A stretch of DNA of 64,000 nucleotides from Nitrospirales bacterium (GTDB lineage Bacteria; Nitrospirota; Nitrospiria; Nitrospirales; UBA8639). Numbering within the stretch: position 1 is the stretch's first letter; each line of letters starts with the position of its first letter. A program made the translations under genes and the position numbers. Shown here one piece after another: positions 1-10,889 of the stretch. Where the stretch lies: NCBI GenBank assembly GCA_963422365.1, contig OY729426.1, forward strand, positions 1,563,380-1,627,379, given 5' to 3'. The notes beneath the pieces are model-generated. The model was not told where the DNA came from. It saw only the letters and a list, made by a program, of their open reading frames with translations, and searched no databases.

Positions 1-1136
1 TCGGGTTTCTGGACATTTTCTCTGGCGGGTCGCTATCACGGTTAACGATTTTTGCTCTGGGCATTATGCCCTATATCAGTGCTTCGATTATTCTCCAATT
101 ATTAACCGTTGTTATTCCGCATTTATCGAAGCTCGCCAAGGAGGGTGAACGAGGAAGAAAGACCATCATTCAATATACCCGGTACGGCACCATTGGGATC
201 GCCCTTATTCAGGGGTTTGGGATTGCTCTCGGACTTGAAGGTATGAATGGGGGTCAATATGTGTTGGAGCCAGGCTGGCCGTTCCGACTCATGACTGTCA
301 TTACGCTGACCGCGGGAACTGCGTTCCTCATGTGGTTGGGTGAACAAATTACCGAGCGTGGAGTGGGGAACGGAATCTCGCTTATTATTTTCGCCGGAAT
401 TGTCGCACGGCTTCCAAGCGCGGTTGCACAAACCTTTGAAATGTACCGAGTTGGGGAGTTGAGCCTTCTCTTCCTCATCCTGTTAGGCGTAGTCATGATG
501 GCTGTGGTCACGGCCATTGTGTTCTTGGAAAGCGGGAGACGAAGGGTTCCGGTTCAATATGCTAAACGGGTGGTCGGCCGTAAGATGTATGGAGGGCAAA
601 GTACTCATATTCCATTGAAAATTAATACGGCGGGGGTGATTCCGCCAATTTTTGCGTCTTCAATTATTGCGTTCCCTGCCACTATTACCTCCTTTATCCA
701 GGTACCTTGGGTCCAAGCGTTAGGGGCGCACTTAGCTCCTGGGTCAGTCGTCTATACGTTGTTATATGTGGGTCTTATTATTTTCTTCTGTTTTTTCTAT
801 ACGGCGGTCGTGTTGAATCCGGTCGATATGTCGGACAACATGAAGAAATATGGAGGGTTTATTCCTGGCATTCGGCCAGGCCAGCGAACGGCGGATTATA
901 TTTACAGAGTCCTCACTCGTATCACGTTCGCCGGCGCTCTTTACCTGGCTGTTGTCTGTGTGATTCCGGAATTATTGATTTATAAATTGAACGTTCCCTT
1001 TTATTTTGGTGGGACGTCGCTGCTGATTGTCGTGGGTGTAGGGTTGGATACCGCCCAGCAAATCGAGTCTCATATGCTGATGCGGAATTATGAAGGATTC
1101 TTGGCCAAGGGGCGTTTAAAAGGCCGGAGCGGATAG
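1..1136 (+). CDS. secY: Preprotein translocase subunit SecY (5'-truncated by window edge)
   Basis: The frame is open from base 3. Translation [34 protein letters not shown]... is the conserved SecY core, with multiple TM segments. Position before adk-map-infA is canonical. Confidence 0.95.
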   Translation, partial: GFLDIFSGGSLSRLTIFALGIMPYISASIILQLLTVVIPHLSKLAKEGERGRKTIIQYTRYGTIGIALIQGFGIALGLEGMNGGQYVLEPGWPFRLMTVITLTAGTAFLMWLGEQITERGVGNGISLIIFAGIVARLPSAVAQTFEMYRVGELSLLFLILLGVVMMAVVTAIVFLESGRRRVPVQYAKRVVGRKMYGGQSTHIPLKINTAGVIPPIFASSIIAFPATITSFIQVPWVQALGAHLAPGSVVYTLLYVGLIIFFCFFYTAVVLNPVDMSDNMKKYGGFIPGIRPGQRTADYIYRVLTRITFAGALYLAVVCVIPELLIYKLNVPFYFGGTSLLIVVGVGLDTAQQIESHMLMRNYEGFLAKGRLKGRSG

Positions 1137-1142
1137 CAAGAC

Positions 1143-1790
1143 ATGCGATTGGTTTTTCTTGGTGCGCCTGGGGTGGGCAAGGGCACACAAGCGGAAATGG
1201 TGTCAGCCCAACTTGCGATTCCCAAAATTTCGACGGGAGATTTATTACGAACGGGTGTGGCCCACAAGACGTCGTTGGGCCTTGAAGCACAGCGCTATAT
1301 GGCGCGAGGGGATCTCGTGCCCGACAATGTGGTGATCGGTCTCGTAGCGGAAAAAGTCGGTTCTGTAGAATGCGAAAAAGGATTTATTCTTGATGGATTT
1401 CCACGAACCATTCTTCAAGCGGATGCTTTGTCGGGAATTCTTCAGAAGCAGGATGTGGTTCTGGACCGAGTCATTTATTTCATGATCCCCCACGAGGAAG
1501 TGGTCAAGCGATTGAGCGGACGAAGAAGTTGTTCGATGTGTTCGGCGGTGTATCATGTTGATTACGTTCCGTCTAAGCAAGAGGGGCGCTGTGATGAGTG
1601 CGGGGCGGCCCTTGTTCAACGCAGCGACGACAAACAAGAAACGGTGGAATCACGGCTCACGGTGTATGAAGCGCAAACGTCTCCATTGATTGCCTATTAT
1701 AAAGAGAAACATGTGTTGGCTGAATTAGATGGCACGGGCTCCATAGAAGACGTACGGGTGCGGTTACTCGCTTTGTTGTCTAGGTCGTAG
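1143..1790 (+). CDS. adk: Adenylate kinase
   Basis: P-loop GAPGVGKGTQ and a Zn-lid CxxC...CxxC (CSMCSAVYH...CDECG). Canonical secY-adk-map order. Confidence 0.95.
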   Translation: MRLVFLGAPGVGKGTQAEMVSAQLAIPKISTGDLLRTGVAHKTSLGLEAQRYMARGDLVPDNVVIGLVAEKVGSVECEKGFILDGFPRTILQADALSGILQKQDVVLDRVIYFMIPHEEVVKRLSGRRSCSMCSAVYHVDYVPSKQEGRCDECGAALVQRSDDKQETVESRLTVYEAQTSPLIAYYKEKHVLAELDGTGSIEDVRVRLLALLSRS

Positions 1791-1796
1791 CCTTTC

Positions 1797-2567
1797 ATGA
1801 TAATGCTCAAGACTGAAGAAGAAATTGCGCTGATGGCACAAGCTTCGAAGATTGTGGCCGAAGCGCATCAGGCGCTCCAACAAGAGGTCAGGCCCGGGGT
1901 CACCACGTTGTATCTGGACGAACTCGCTGAAACGTTTATTCGTGACCATGGGGGAATTCCAGCCTTTAAAGGGTATCGCAATTTCCCCAATACCTTGTGC
2001 GCCTCGGTGAATCATGAAGTGGTGCATGGCATTCCCTCCAACCGGGAACTGAAAGAGGGAGACGTTGTCGGGCTTGACTTGGGGGCGATTGTTCAGGGAT
2101 TTTATGGCGATGGGGCCGTCACGGTACCCGTTGGACCCATTTCAGCCCACGCTGAAATCTTGCTCAAGGTGACGGAAGAAGCGATGCATAAGGGGATTGA
2201 TCAAGCACGGGTGGGGAACCGGTTGTCCGATATTGGCCATACGATCCAATGCCATGTGGAAGCGCAGGGGTTTTCTGTTGTGAGAGATTTTGTGGGACAT
2301 GGGATTGGTCGGCAACTCCATGAACAACCTCAGGTTCCTAACTATGGTCGTCCTGGGCAAGGCTCACGCCTTCAGTTTGGGATGGTGCTGGCCATTGAGC
2401 CCATGGTGAACGTTGGTGGGCCTCAGGTGAACGTGTTAGACGATCAATGGACTGCCGTCACGAGAGATGGCAGCCTGTCGGCGCATTTTGAACATACCGT
2501 GGCGATAGAACCCGAAGGGCCACCCACAATTCTGACGATGGTAAAGGAGCGGGTTGGCGTCAATTGA
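1797..2567 (+). CDS. map: Type I methionine aminopeptidase
   Basis: 256 aa with typical MAP motifs ([35 protein letters not shown]). Confidence 0.95.
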   Translation: MIMLKTEEEIALMAQASKIVAEAHQALQQEVRPGVTTLYLDELAETFIRDHGGIPAFKGYRNFPNTLCASVNHEVVHGIPSNRELKEGDVVGLDLGAIVQGFYGDGAVTVPVGPISAHAEILLKVTEEAMHKGIDQARVGNRLSDIGHTIQCHVEAQGFSVVRDFVGHGIGRQLHEQPQVPNYGRPGQGSRLQFGMVLAIEPMVNVGGPQVNVLDDQWTAVTRDGSLSAHFEHTVAIEPEGPPTILTMVKERVGVN

Positions 2568-2587
2568 TATCGACGCGGTTTAGGCTG

Positions 2588-2806
2588 ATGGCAAAAGAAG
2601 ATATGATTGAAGTCCAAGGGGTGATCATGGAAACGTTACCCAATGCCATGTTCCGAGTTACATTAGAGAGTGGACATAAAATTTTGGCCCATATTTCAGG
2701 GAAGATGCGGATGCATTTTATTCGTATTCTCCCGGGCGATAGAGTGACCGTGGAGTTGTCTCCTTATGATCTCACAAGGGGACGGATAACCTATCGATTC
2801 AAATAG
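2588..2806 (+). CDS. infA: Translation initiation factor IF-1
   Basis: [72 protein letters not shown]. The internal ATG at 2588 gives the usual 72 aa; the track ORF starts earlier, at 2564. Confidence 0.9.
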   Translation: MAKEDMIEVQGVIMETLPNAMFRVTLESGHKILAHISGKMRMHFIRILPGDRVTVELSPYDLTRGRITYRFK

Positions 2807-2825
2807 TCAGGAGAGGGATGCTCTC

Positions 2826-2939
2826 ATGAAAGTCAAATCGTCCGTCAAACCCATATGTTCAAAATGTGTTGTGTTTAGACGACGAGGAATTGTTCGGGTC
2901 CGATGTAGTAATCCTCGTCACAAGCAGCGACAAGGATAA
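2826..2939 (+). CDS. rpmJ: 50S ribosomal protein L36 (not in supplied ORF track; 37 aa)
   Basis: Hand translation gives [37 protein letters not shown]. This is the L36 zinc-ribbon pattern, in the canonical slot between infA and rpsM. Confidence 0.85.
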   Translation: MKVKSSVKPICSKCVVFRRRGIVRVRCSNPRHKQRQG

Positions 2940-3005
2940 TGGCGTAAAGGGGAACGGCGTCAACGAGTTTTAACCGAAAGCGCATCACGTGAAAAAGGAG
3001 GGGCC

Positions 3006-3374
3006 ATGGCTCGGATAGCAGGCGTTGATCTGCCTGTGGGGAAACGCATTGAGATTGGCTTGACCTATATTTATGGGATCGGGCCGTGGAGTGCGAGGCA
3101 GATTTTACGAAAAACCGGCATTGATTGTGCCGTGTGCGTCAAAGATCTTCGTGAGGAAGACATTGTCAAACTTCGTGAAGCGATAGATAAAGACTCTACC
3201 GTGGAGGGGGATCTCCGAAAAGAGGTCACTCTCAGTATTCAACGCCTGATCGATACAGGGTCGTACCGAGGCCTTCGTCATCGAAGAGGGCTTCCCGTTC
3301 GTGGACAACGGACCAAAACCAATTCACGAACCCGAAAAGGGAAACGGGCTTCGATTGGCAGGAGCAAAAAATAA
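3006..3374 (+). CDS. rpsM: 30S ribosomal protein S13
   Basis: [10 protein letters not shown]... start, 122 aa, preceded by an AAGGAGG Shine-Dalgarno. Confidence 0.95.
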   Translation: MARIAGVDLPVGKRIEIGLTYIYGIGPWSARQILRKTGIDCAVCVKDLREEDIVKLREAIDKDSTVEGDLRKEVTLSIQRLIDTGSYRGLRHRRGLPVRGQRTKTNSRTRKGKRASIGRSKK

Positions 3375-3394
3375 CAAGCCATTCAGGGGACAGC

Positions 3395-3778
3395 ATGAGC
3401 GTAAAAAAGGGTCGAAAAAAAGAGAAAAAGGTCGTGCAAATGGGGATTGCCCATATTCAAGCGTCTTTTAATAACACGCTTGTGACCATTACGGATATGA
3501 GTGGCAATACGGTCTCTTGGTCGAATGCAGGAGGCTTAGGATTCAAAGGGGCCAGAAAAAGTACGCCTTTTGCGGCGACACGTGTGGGGGAGGCGGCGGG
3601 ACGCAAAGCCATGGAACAAGGCATGCGCCAAATTGACGTCTATGTCAACGGGCCTGGGTCGGGACGTGAGTCGGCTGTACGAGCGCTACAATCCGTCGGC
3701 TTACGGGTGAATTTGATTCGTGATGTGACCCCTATTCCCCATAATGGATGTCGACCGCCGAAAAGACGACGGGTGTAA
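3395..3778 (+). CDS. rpsK: 30S ribosomal protein S11
   Basis: [18 protein letters not shown]...[16 protein letters not shown], the typical S11 sequence. Confidence 0.95.
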   Translation: MSVKKGRKKEKKVVQMGIAHIQASFNNTLVTITDMSGNTVSWSNAGGLGFKGARKSTPFAATRVGEAAGRKAMEQGMRQIDVYVNGPGSGRESAVRALQSVGLRVNLIRDVTPIPHNGCRPPKRRRV

Positions 3779-3857
3779 GCGGCGATTCATTAAACCTTCA
3801 GATGTTGGGAAAACATCAACTCAGGGTCTGGAGTCTTGCAAGTGAGAGGCTAAAGAC

Positions 3858-4484
3858 GTGGCAAATTATCGTGGGCCAGTATGTAGGATTTGTCGAAGGG
3901 AGGGAGTCAAACTGTTCCTGAAAGGAACACGTTGTATGACCGACAAATGTGCGATTGAACGTCGCAGTTATCCTCCCGGTCAACATGGGCAATCTCGACC
4001 TCGTGTGACGGACTATAGTATGCAGCTTCGTGAAAAGCAGAAATTGCGTCGGATGTATGTCATTCAAGAGCGTCAGTTTCGGGGAATTTTTGAGCGTGCT
4101 GAACGTCAAAAGGGCGTGACGGGCGAAAATCTTTTGGCTCTGCTTGAGCGACGATTAGATAATGTCGTCTACCGGATTGGATTGGCTTTTTCACGCAAGC
4201 AAGCTCGCCAATTCGTGAATCATGGACATATTTTGGTCAATGGCAGAAAAACCGATGTTCCCTCTTATACGACGGCTGTTGGGGACGTGATTCAGGTGAG
4301 ACCACGGAGCCTGGAGTTGCTCGCAATTAAAGCGGCTGCACAGGTCGCCGATAGCCAGCCAGGGGTGAGCTGGATCGACTGTGACCGGGATGCATTGAAA
4401 GGGACGATTCAGGCACTGCCGACAAAGGATGATATTGGGGCCCCGGTCAATGAACAGATTATTGTGGAATTATATTCTCGCTAA
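3858..4484 (+). CDS. rpsD: 30S ribosomal protein S4
   Basis: GTG start. [25 protein letters not shown]..., 208 aa. Confidence 0.95.
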   Translation: MANYRGPVCRICRREGVKLFLKGTRCMTDKCAIERRSYPPGQHGQSRPRVTDYSMQLREKQKLRRMYVIQERQFRGIFERAERQKGVTGENLLALLERRLDNVVYRIGLAFSRKQARQFVNHGHILVNGRKTDVPSYTTAVGDVIQVRPRSLELLAIKAAAQVADSQPGVSWIDCDRDALKGTIQALPTKDDIGAPVNEQIIVELYSR

Positions 4485-4558
4485 AAGTGGAACAATTTGG
4501 CCATCATGCGTTGTGGCCAATGTTTAGGCTGTGCCGGATCGAGGTGAAAGGGGGCGTA

Positions 4559-5554
4559 ATGATCAAAGGGATAAAGGATTTTCAGTTGCCTATGCGACTG
4601 GAGTTGGAAAAAGAAACAGCCTCGCCCATCTATGGGAAGTTTACGGCAGAGCCATTTGAACGTGGGTTTGGGACAACAGTCGGCAACGCGCTGCGACGCG
4701 TGTTGTTGTCCTCGTTAACTGGTGCAGCCGTAACCTCCGTCAAAATAGAAGGTGCGTTTCATGAATTTTCCACACTCCCTGGCGTCACGGAAGACGTGAC
4801 CATTATCATTTTGAACGTCAAAAATCTGCGTCTGAAACTCCATACCGATAAATCGAAAGCGATGCGGTTGAAGAAAAAAGGGCCGAGCGAAGCTCGTGCT
4901 GCCGATATTCAGCATGATGCGGATGTGACGATTTTAAATCCTGAATTGCATATTGCGACATTAGACAAAGATGGTGTGATTGATATAGAGTTCATTGTGA
5001 AGCCGGGACGAGGGTATGTTCCGGCTGAACGGAATAAAGAAGAAGGGTTGCCCATTGGAGTTATTCCGGTCGATTCGGTTTTTTCCCCAATTAAACGGGT
5101 GAACTTTCATGTGGAAAACGCCCGTGTGGGACGTGTGACGGATTATGATAAATTGAATCTTGAGGTTTGGACCGACGGAAGCATGACTCCGCAAGAGGCG
5201 GTTTCCTCATCGGCCTTTATTCTTCGAGAACATTTGTCCATTTGCATGCCCGGTGAAGAAATGAAAGAAGTGGAACATGGTCCCGCTCACGAAGAAACGC
5301 AAGCCGAATTGCATAAACATCTGGCGCGAAGTGTGAATGAGTTGGAACTTTCCGTGCGTGCGGCGAATTGTCTCAAAAATGCGAATATCAAAACCATTGA
5401 AGACCTTGTGCAGAAAACAGAAATGGAGATGCTGAAAACGAAAAATTTTGGAAAAAAATCTCTCAATGAAATCAAAGAAGTTTTAACCGAAATGGGGTTG
5501 AACTTAGGTCTCAGAAGAGAGAGTCTGGTGCAGACCAACAACCAATCGCATTAA
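4559..5554 (+). CDS. rpoA: DNA-directed RNA polymerase alpha subunit
   Basis: Conserved NTD ([11 protein letters not shown]) and CTD ([16 protein letters not shown]). The ATG at 4559 follows the GAGGTGAAAGGGGG SD; the track ORF starts at 4487. Confidence 0.95.
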   Translation: MIKGIKDFQLPMRLELEKETASPIYGKFTAEPFERGFGTTVGNALRRVLLSSLTGAAVTSVKIEGAFHEFSTLPGVTEDVTIIILNVKNLRLKLHTDKSKAMRLKKKGPSEARAADIQHDADVTILNPELHIATLDKDGVIDIEFIVKPGRGYVPAERNKEEGLPIGVIPVDSVFSPIKRVNFHVENARVGRVTDYDKLNLEVWTDGSMTPQEAVSSSAFILREHLSICMPGEEMKEVEHGPAHEETQAELHKHLARSVNELELSVRAANCLKNANIKTIEDLVQKTEMEMLKTKNFGKKSLNEIKEVLTEMGLNLGLRRESLVQTNNQSH

Positions 5555-5577
5555 CATTTTAGGAAGAGAGCCGTATT

Positions 5578-5994
5578 GTGCGTCATCGAAAAAAAGGCAG
5601 ACAGTTAGGGCGAAATACCAAACATCGACACGCGATGTTTAGAAACCTTGTGACCGCGTTACTGGAACACGAACGTATCGAGACCACAGAGGCAAAAGCC
5701 AAAGAGATCCGCGGCATCACTGAACAAATGATTACCTTGGGAAAAGATGGCTCTCTTCATGCTCGACGGCGCGCCTTAGATTTTGTTCGGAAAAAAGACG
5801 TCGTGTCCAAATTGTTCGGCGATGTTGCAGGACGATTTCGTAGCCAGCCCGGGGGCTATATTCGGATCATTCCCACGAGACGCCGACCTGGGGATGCTGC
5901 AGAATTGGTGGCTATCGAGTTGATCGAGCGTGGGCCGGTGGTTGCCTCTGATCTTTCTGAACCCGTGGCTGAAGAGACTCAGAAGGCCTCATAA
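5578..5994 (+). CDS. rplQ: 50S ribosomal protein L17
   Basis: MRHRKKGRQLGRNTKHRHAMFRNLVTALLEHERIETT..., with a GTG start. Confidence 0.95.
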   Translation: MRHRKKGRQLGRNTKHRHAMFRNLVTALLEHERIETTEAKAKEIRGITEQMITLGKDGSLHARRRALDFVRKKDVVSKLFGDVAGRFRSQPGGYIRIIPTRRRPGDAAELVAIELIERGPVVASDLSEPVAEETQKAS

Positions 5995-6163
5995 TCTTCT
6001 CGCGATTCTCTCCTTTCCGTCCGTCTAGCCTTGGAAGATTTCCATGACTTGCCGTCCTGCTCCCCATCCGTTGCTCTCAGTCGTAGGCGAACCTTGTTTC
6101 AGGAATCTCTTCTCTGCAACCGTTTAGTTTACTTGGTTTGTGGCGTATGGTATTCTGTGACAA

Positions 6164-6772
6164 GTGTCTCCCAAGCCGTTCACGTACGCACGTATATCTC
6201 ACTTATGGATTCGATGGGTTTTGCGAGGCATGACCCTTGGTCTTGCCGGGTTTCTCGGGTACGTCCTGATTCAGCAAGTGCAGTCCAATCATCCCCTTCC
6301 GGTGATGATAGCGCCAGTCTTTGAAACAACCGATGCCGACATAGAAGGTTTTATCTATCGTCAAACTGAGGAAGGGCAAGTCCAGTGGGAGGTGGAAGCG
6401 CAAAAAGCCGAAGTCTATGAATCCGAGCAGCACTTGCGGCTTCAACAGGTTCAAGTTCGGTTGTTTAACCGGTACGGTCACGAGCAAGAGATGAAGCTAG
6501 AGGCTGAAGAAGGAACGATTAATACAGCCAACGGCAATTTTTCTCTTCGAAATCAGGAAGAATTGATCGCGATTGAATTGGCAAATGGGTATACGATCCT
6601 TACCCCGCATCTTCACTGGGCTGATAAGGAGCAGACAATCAGTACGAATAGACCGGTGATCATCCACGGGCATGGACTAACCATTAGGGGTATTGGGTTA
6701 ATCGCAGAGTTGAAAACAGAAAAGTTGGGAGTCCTTGATGATGTGCACGTTCAGATTACGTCCTCAATATAA
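6164..6772 (+). CDS. lptC: LPS export protein LptC-like (N-terminal TM anchor plus OstA-like beta-jellyroll)
   Basis: One N-terminal TM helix (LGLAGFLGYVLI) followed by a beta-rich domain. It sits immediately upstream of lptA-lptB-rpoN, the canonical order. Confidence 0.7.
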   Translation: MSPKPFTYARISHLWIRWVLRGMTLGLAGFLGYVLIQQVQSNHPLPVMIAPVFETTDADIEGFIYRQTEEGQVQWEVEAQKAEVYESEQHLRLQQVQVRLFNRYGHEQEMKLEAEEGTINTANGNFSLRNQEELIAIELANGYTILTPHLHWADKEQTISTNRPVIIHGHGLTIRGIGLIAELKTEKLGVLDDVHVQITSSI

Positions 6773-7262
6773 CCATCCAATTCCTCTCGCGCTTCTGCTT
6801 TGTGGTCTTGTCTGGGTGCAGACACTACCGTTCGGTTTTGCTGAAGAAAGAGAGCAAACGACGATTACTTCACAGATGATGACCTTCCAAGGAAAATCCA
6901 GCCAGACGATCTTTGAAGGCATGGTGGTCCTCGAAAAAGGGGACCTCGTCATGCGATCCGATCATATGATTGTGACGTTTAAAAAAGGCGCACCAGAGGG
7001 AAACCAGGAAACGAAAGGAGAGAGCCCGCATCAGATTGACCACATTGAGGCCAGCGGAAAAGTGGTCATTGAGAAATCAGATGGGAAGGCGACGTGCGGA
7101 CGCGCGTTCTATTATAAAGATGAAGAAAAACTCGTCCTGACTGAGTCGCCGGTGGCCTGGCAAGTTGGGATAAAGGTTGAAGGATCCCAAATGACCATGT
7201 TTTTAAAGGAAGATCGAAGCATCGTCGAAGGGGGATCCCATGTGCTTATTCTCGAAGAGTAG
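6735..7262 (+). CDS. lptA: LPS transport periplasmic protein LptA (OstA-like)
   Basis: Signal peptide, then OstA_N-like repeats (ITSQMMTF...GDLVMRSDHMIVTF...ASGKVVIEKSDGKATCGRAFYY). Synteny supports the call. Confidence 0.75.
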   Translation: MMMCTFRLRPQYNHPIPLALLLCGLVWVQTLPFGFAEEREQTTITSQMMTFQGKSSQTIFEGMVVLEKGDLVMRSDHMIVTFKKGAPEGNQETKGESPHQIDHIEASGKVVIEKSDGKATCGRAFYYKDEEKLVLTESPVAWQVGIKVEGSQMTMFLKEDRSIVEGGSHVLILEE

Positions 7263-7276
7263 GGACCGTACGGCTG

Positions 7277-8035
7277 TTGACCATCGTTGAGCAGTTACAG
7301 CCTGTCATGGGGCATTCTCGGCTTTCTGTCAAGGAACTGCGCAAAAGTTTCAAAGGACGGGATGCCGTTCGTGGCGTCTCGTTAGAAGTTGAATCAGGAG
7401 AAATTGTCGGGTTATTGGGGCCGAATGGAGCAGGAAAAACGACAATTTTCGACATGGTGGTTGGCCTTTGCCAGCCCGATCATGGACAGATTCTCTTAAA
7501 TCAAGATCCGATCACGGCCTTGCCGATGTACCAGAGGGCTCGCCGCGGGATTGGGTATCTCCCTCAAGAAGCCTCTGTTTTTCGTCGATTGTCCGTTCAA
7601 GATAATATTTGTGCTGTTTTAGAAACCCTGGACCTTTCTCAGGCTGAGCGGCATGAACGCCTGGAGCGCTTATTGAATGAGCTCAGGTTAGCCAATCTTC
7701 GAAAAAGCAAAGCCTTCACCCTTTCCGGCGGAGAGCGTCGTCGGTTAGAAATCACGAGGGCCCTAGCCACGACCCCTCAATTTTTGTTGTTAGATGAACC
7801 ATTTGCCAGCATTGATCCCATTGCGGTTGTCGACCTTCAAAAAATCATTCACTCTTTGAAAAGAAAAAACATCGGGATTCTCACGACGGATCATAACGTG
7901 CAAGAAACGCTTTCCATAACCGATCGGGCGTATATCATTAATGAAGGAACGATTCTGGCGTCAGGGACTTCGGAAACTATTGTCAGGAGCCCCAAAGTCA
8001 GAGAGATCTATTTAGGCGAACGCTTTAAACTCTGA
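7277..8035 (+). CDS. lptB: LPS export ABC transporter ATP-binding protein LptB
   Basis: Walker A GPNGAGKTT, signature LSGGERRRLEI, Walker B LLLDEPF. The start may be the internal ATG at 7307. Confidence 0.9.
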   Translation: MTIVEQLQPVMGHSRLSVKELRKSFKGRDAVRGVSLEVESGEIVGLLGPNGAGKTTIFDMVVGLCQPDHGQILLNQDPITALPMYQRARRGIGYLPQEASVFRRLSVQDNICAVLETLDLSQAERHERLERLLNELRLANLRKSKAFTLSGGERRRLEITRALATTPQFLLLDEPFASIDPIAVVDLQKIIHSLKRKNIGILTTDHNVQETLSITDRAYIINEGTILASGTSETIVRSPKVREIYLGERFKL

Positions 8036-8060
8036 ACATTTCAGCCTGGCCTGGCCGACC

Positions 8061-9593
8061 GTGATGGAACTCAAACTCGATCTTCGCCTGAGTCAGAAGT
8101 TGGTGATGACTCCCCAACTTCAACAAGCCATCAAATTATTGCAGTTATCCAGACTGGAATTACAGCAAGTGCTCTCTCAACATTTGATGGACAATCCACT
8201 TCTTGAAGAGGTGGGCGCTGATTCGGATGAGGGAGATGGGCCAACGCCGGAAGAGACGGCTCCTGAGAGAAAGGAAGAAGTGGCTGGCCAGACTGATGCC
8301 GGCGACAGTGATGCCTCCAGCGAGGCTGGAGCAGGAGAAACGAATGAACTTTCCGAACCGCTCTCGCCAGAAGGATGGGCAGATTATTATGAAAGTGATT
8401 GGCGACCGAGAGGTGGTGATGGTCAGGCGTTCTCAGACGAAGATTTTCCATCTTATGACCAAACGCTGACGAAACCGACGACACTAGAAGATCACTTGCT
8501 ATGGCAGTTATGGCTTTCTTCCGAGGATGAGGAAGAGAAAGCCATCGGCCATATGATCATTGGCAATCTCGATGAAGATGGGTATCTTCGCACATCGATC
8601 GAGGAAATTTCCGAAGAAGCTGGGGTGTCCGTCAAAAAGGTGGATTCTGTTTTATCCTTAGTGCAAACGTTCGATCCCATCGGTGTGGCTGCCCGCGATC
8701 TTCAAGAATGTTTGTTGATTCAACTTTGCCACCTTCATAAAAAACCCGTTGGAAGTGACTATGTTCATGGCGGTGCTCATCAGGAATCATTGCTCGAACT
8801 GATTATCAAGAACCATCTTCGCGACCTCCAGAAAAAACGATATCCCACTGTCGCCAAAGAAGTCGGGAGGTCTGTTGAAGAGATTTTGGAGGCAGTACAT
8901 ATCATTGAAGGCTTAGAGCCAAAACCTGGACGGCCCTATTTTTCCGACAACAACCAAATCATCGTGCCCGATGTCTTTGTGTTTAAACACGAAGGCGAAT
9001 GGCAGGTGTCCCTGAATGACGATGGGATGCCTCGTGTGCAGATCAACCCTTATTATACGCGGATGTTAGGACCGAACAGCGGAGATGGAGACGCCACGAG
9101 GGCTTACGTGGAGGATAAATTGCGAGGGGCTCAGTGGATCATTCGTAGCCTTGAGCAGAGAAACAAAACGATTCTGAAGGTGGTCAAAAGCCTCATCACA
9201 TTCCAAGAACTCTTTTTGGAAAAAGGTGTGCAGGCCTTGAAGCCACTTGTGCTGAAGCAAGTGGCTGAAGATGTGGGCATGCATGAGTCGACCATCAGTC
9301 GGGTGACGACGAATAAATATATGTATTGCCCCCAGGGCATGCTGGAACTGAAGTTTTTCTTTAACACGGGCATTCAACGGTCGGAACCGGGTACTGAAGA
9401 GTTATCTTCGATCACTGTTCGTGAGTTGATTCGTGAAATGGTGGGGCAAGAAAATCCCAGCAACCCCTTGAAAGATCAAGAAATTGCGTCGAGGTTGCGC
9501 GCCAGAGGGATCGTCATTGCGAGACGGACGATTGCCAAGTATCGGGCCGAACTCAATATCGCGCCGGCCAGTCAGCGAAAACGTCTCTATTGA
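8061..9593 (+). CDS. rpoN: RNA polymerase sigma-54 factor
   Basis: N-terminal [15 protein letters not shown], an acidic linker and a C-terminal RpoN box (ARRTIAKYR). Confidence 0.95.
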   Translation: MMELKLDLRLSQKLVMTPQLQQAIKLLQLSRLELQQVLSQHLMDNPLLEEVGADSDEGDGPTPEETAPERKEEVAGQTDAGDSDASSEAGAGETNELSEPLSPEGWADYYESDWRPRGGDGQAFSDEDFPSYDQTLTKPTTLEDHLLWQLWLSSEDEEEKAIGHMIIGNLDEDGYLRTSIEEISEEAGVSVKKVDSVLSLVQTFDPIGVAARDLQECLLIQLCHLHKKPVGSDYVHGGAHQESLLELIIKNHLRDLQKKRYPTVAKEVGRSVEEILEAVHIIEGLEPKPGRPYFSDNNQIIVPDVFVFKHEGEWQVSLNDDGMPRVQINPYYTRMLGPNSGDGDATRAYVEDKLRGAQWIIRSLEQRNKTILKVVKSLITFQELFLEKGVQALKPLVLKQVAEDVGMHESTISRVTTNKYMYCPQGMLELKFFFNTGIQRSEPGTEELSSITVRELIREMVGQENPSNPLKDQEIASRLRARGIVIARRTIAKYRAELNIAPASQRKRLY

Positions 9594-9690
9594 GCGTCGT
9601 CCCACCGAGTTCAATGTTTGCGTCTTCACCTTGCTTTCAAGGAGTGCCTCTCGTGTCGATGAGAAAGACACACGTCCTCTTGAGGCCACT

Positions 9691-10577
9691 GTGAATGATA
9701 AAGGATCAGAGCATTCATTTCGTCTCGTTATTGTCAGTGGTTTGTCCGGCTCAGGAAAAACCCAAGCGCTGAAATGTCTGGAGGATATCGGGTTCTTCTG
9801 TGTGGACAATCTCCCTCTGGCGCTGTTCCTCGCATTTGCAGAATTTTGTGGCCAACGGAGTCACCCTGTGCGAAAGGTTGCCTTGTGTTTTGGTATTCGC
9901 GCTCGCGATTTTTTTCGGATTTTTTTGAAAATCTCAAACGGCTCCAAGCGAGTGCCTCCATCGTGGAATTGTTGTATTTGGAAGCGAATAATGTTGTCTT
10001 GACACGTCGTTTTTCTGAATCCCGTCGTCCCCACCCTCTCCTGCCTCAGCAGTCCGTTCTTGAAGGGATCCGACTCGAACGACAACACCTTGCCGAATTC
10101 CGTTCTCGCGCTGACCAGGTGTTGGATACCTCAGAACTGACCGTGCATGAACTTCGAGAGTGGATGGTGCAACAGTACAGCGATGAGGGCTATCGGCACT
10201 CGATGAAGGTATCCGTGATGACGTTTGGGTATAAGTTTGGCGTGCCCTACGAAGCCGATTTCGTGTTTGATGTTCGATTTTTGCAAAATCCGCACTTCGT
10301 TCCTGCCTTGAAGCCGTTAACGGGAAATGACAAAAACATTCAGCGTTATGTTCTCGAAAACAAAAAGGCCCAAGGTTTTCTTGAGCACATGAAGAGTGTT
10401 TTTGAATTTCTCCTTCCGCTGTTTGAACGAGAACAGAGAAGTTATTTGACCATAGCCATCGGCTGTACAGGTGGGAGGCACCGTTCCGTCGCGATTGCGA
10501 ATGAGGTAAAGAACCTGTTTGCACGATTAGGTTGCAGGGCCACACTCAGCCACCGAGACGTGGATCGTACCGAATAG
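9691..10577 (+). pseudogene. rapZ: RNase adapter protein RapZ (YhbJ), reading frame broken once at a T7 run
   Basis: The N-terminal part, with Walker A (SGLSGSGKT) up to ...[13 protein letters not shown], lies in the frame of ORF 9484..10002. The rest ([10 protein letters not shown]...GCTGGRHRSV...) lies in the frame of ORF 9774..10577. The junction is the T7 run at 9909..9915, and one extra T would restore a continuous RapZ. GTG 9691 is the proposed start. Confidence 0.85.
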
Positions 10578-10889
10578 TAACGTGACAGTTCTTTGCTCGT
10601 TCGGGGCGACGGTTCTTTTTCCTTCCTTGCGAGCTCTTTTGATTGAGACTGATGCGACTGACTCGTGACGCAAATAGCGACGAGGAAACGCGGTTCTCTT
10701 TGCGAAAAATATGGGGCTGTCAGCCAAATCGCTGTTGTTTGACGGTCAATCTAGAACAGTGTAGAGTTAAAATCTTTTCAGCGGGAATGTTAGGGATTTT
10801 GCCTACATGTCGTGATGCGAAAAAGAGGGAGGCTCGTCAAACGGCTTTTCCGAGTATGCCTGTCAACCCGACCTCGCAAGTGACAGCCA

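Noticed and set aside
6031-6324. 97-aa plus-strand ORF between rplQ and lptC
   Set aside because: It overlaps the lptC start in another frame, with no SD and no similarity. Most likely non-coding leader.
9653-9694. 13-codon ORF with an AAGGAG SD whose TGA overlaps the proposed rapZ GTG start (GTGA)
   Set aside because: It could be a coupling leader peptide, but it is equally consistent with chance, and rapZ has its own GAGG. Not enough evidence to annotate.
9402-10545. Minus-strand ORFs of 135, 75, 75 and 203 aa
   Set aside because: They are antisense to rpoN and rapZ and carry no motifs.
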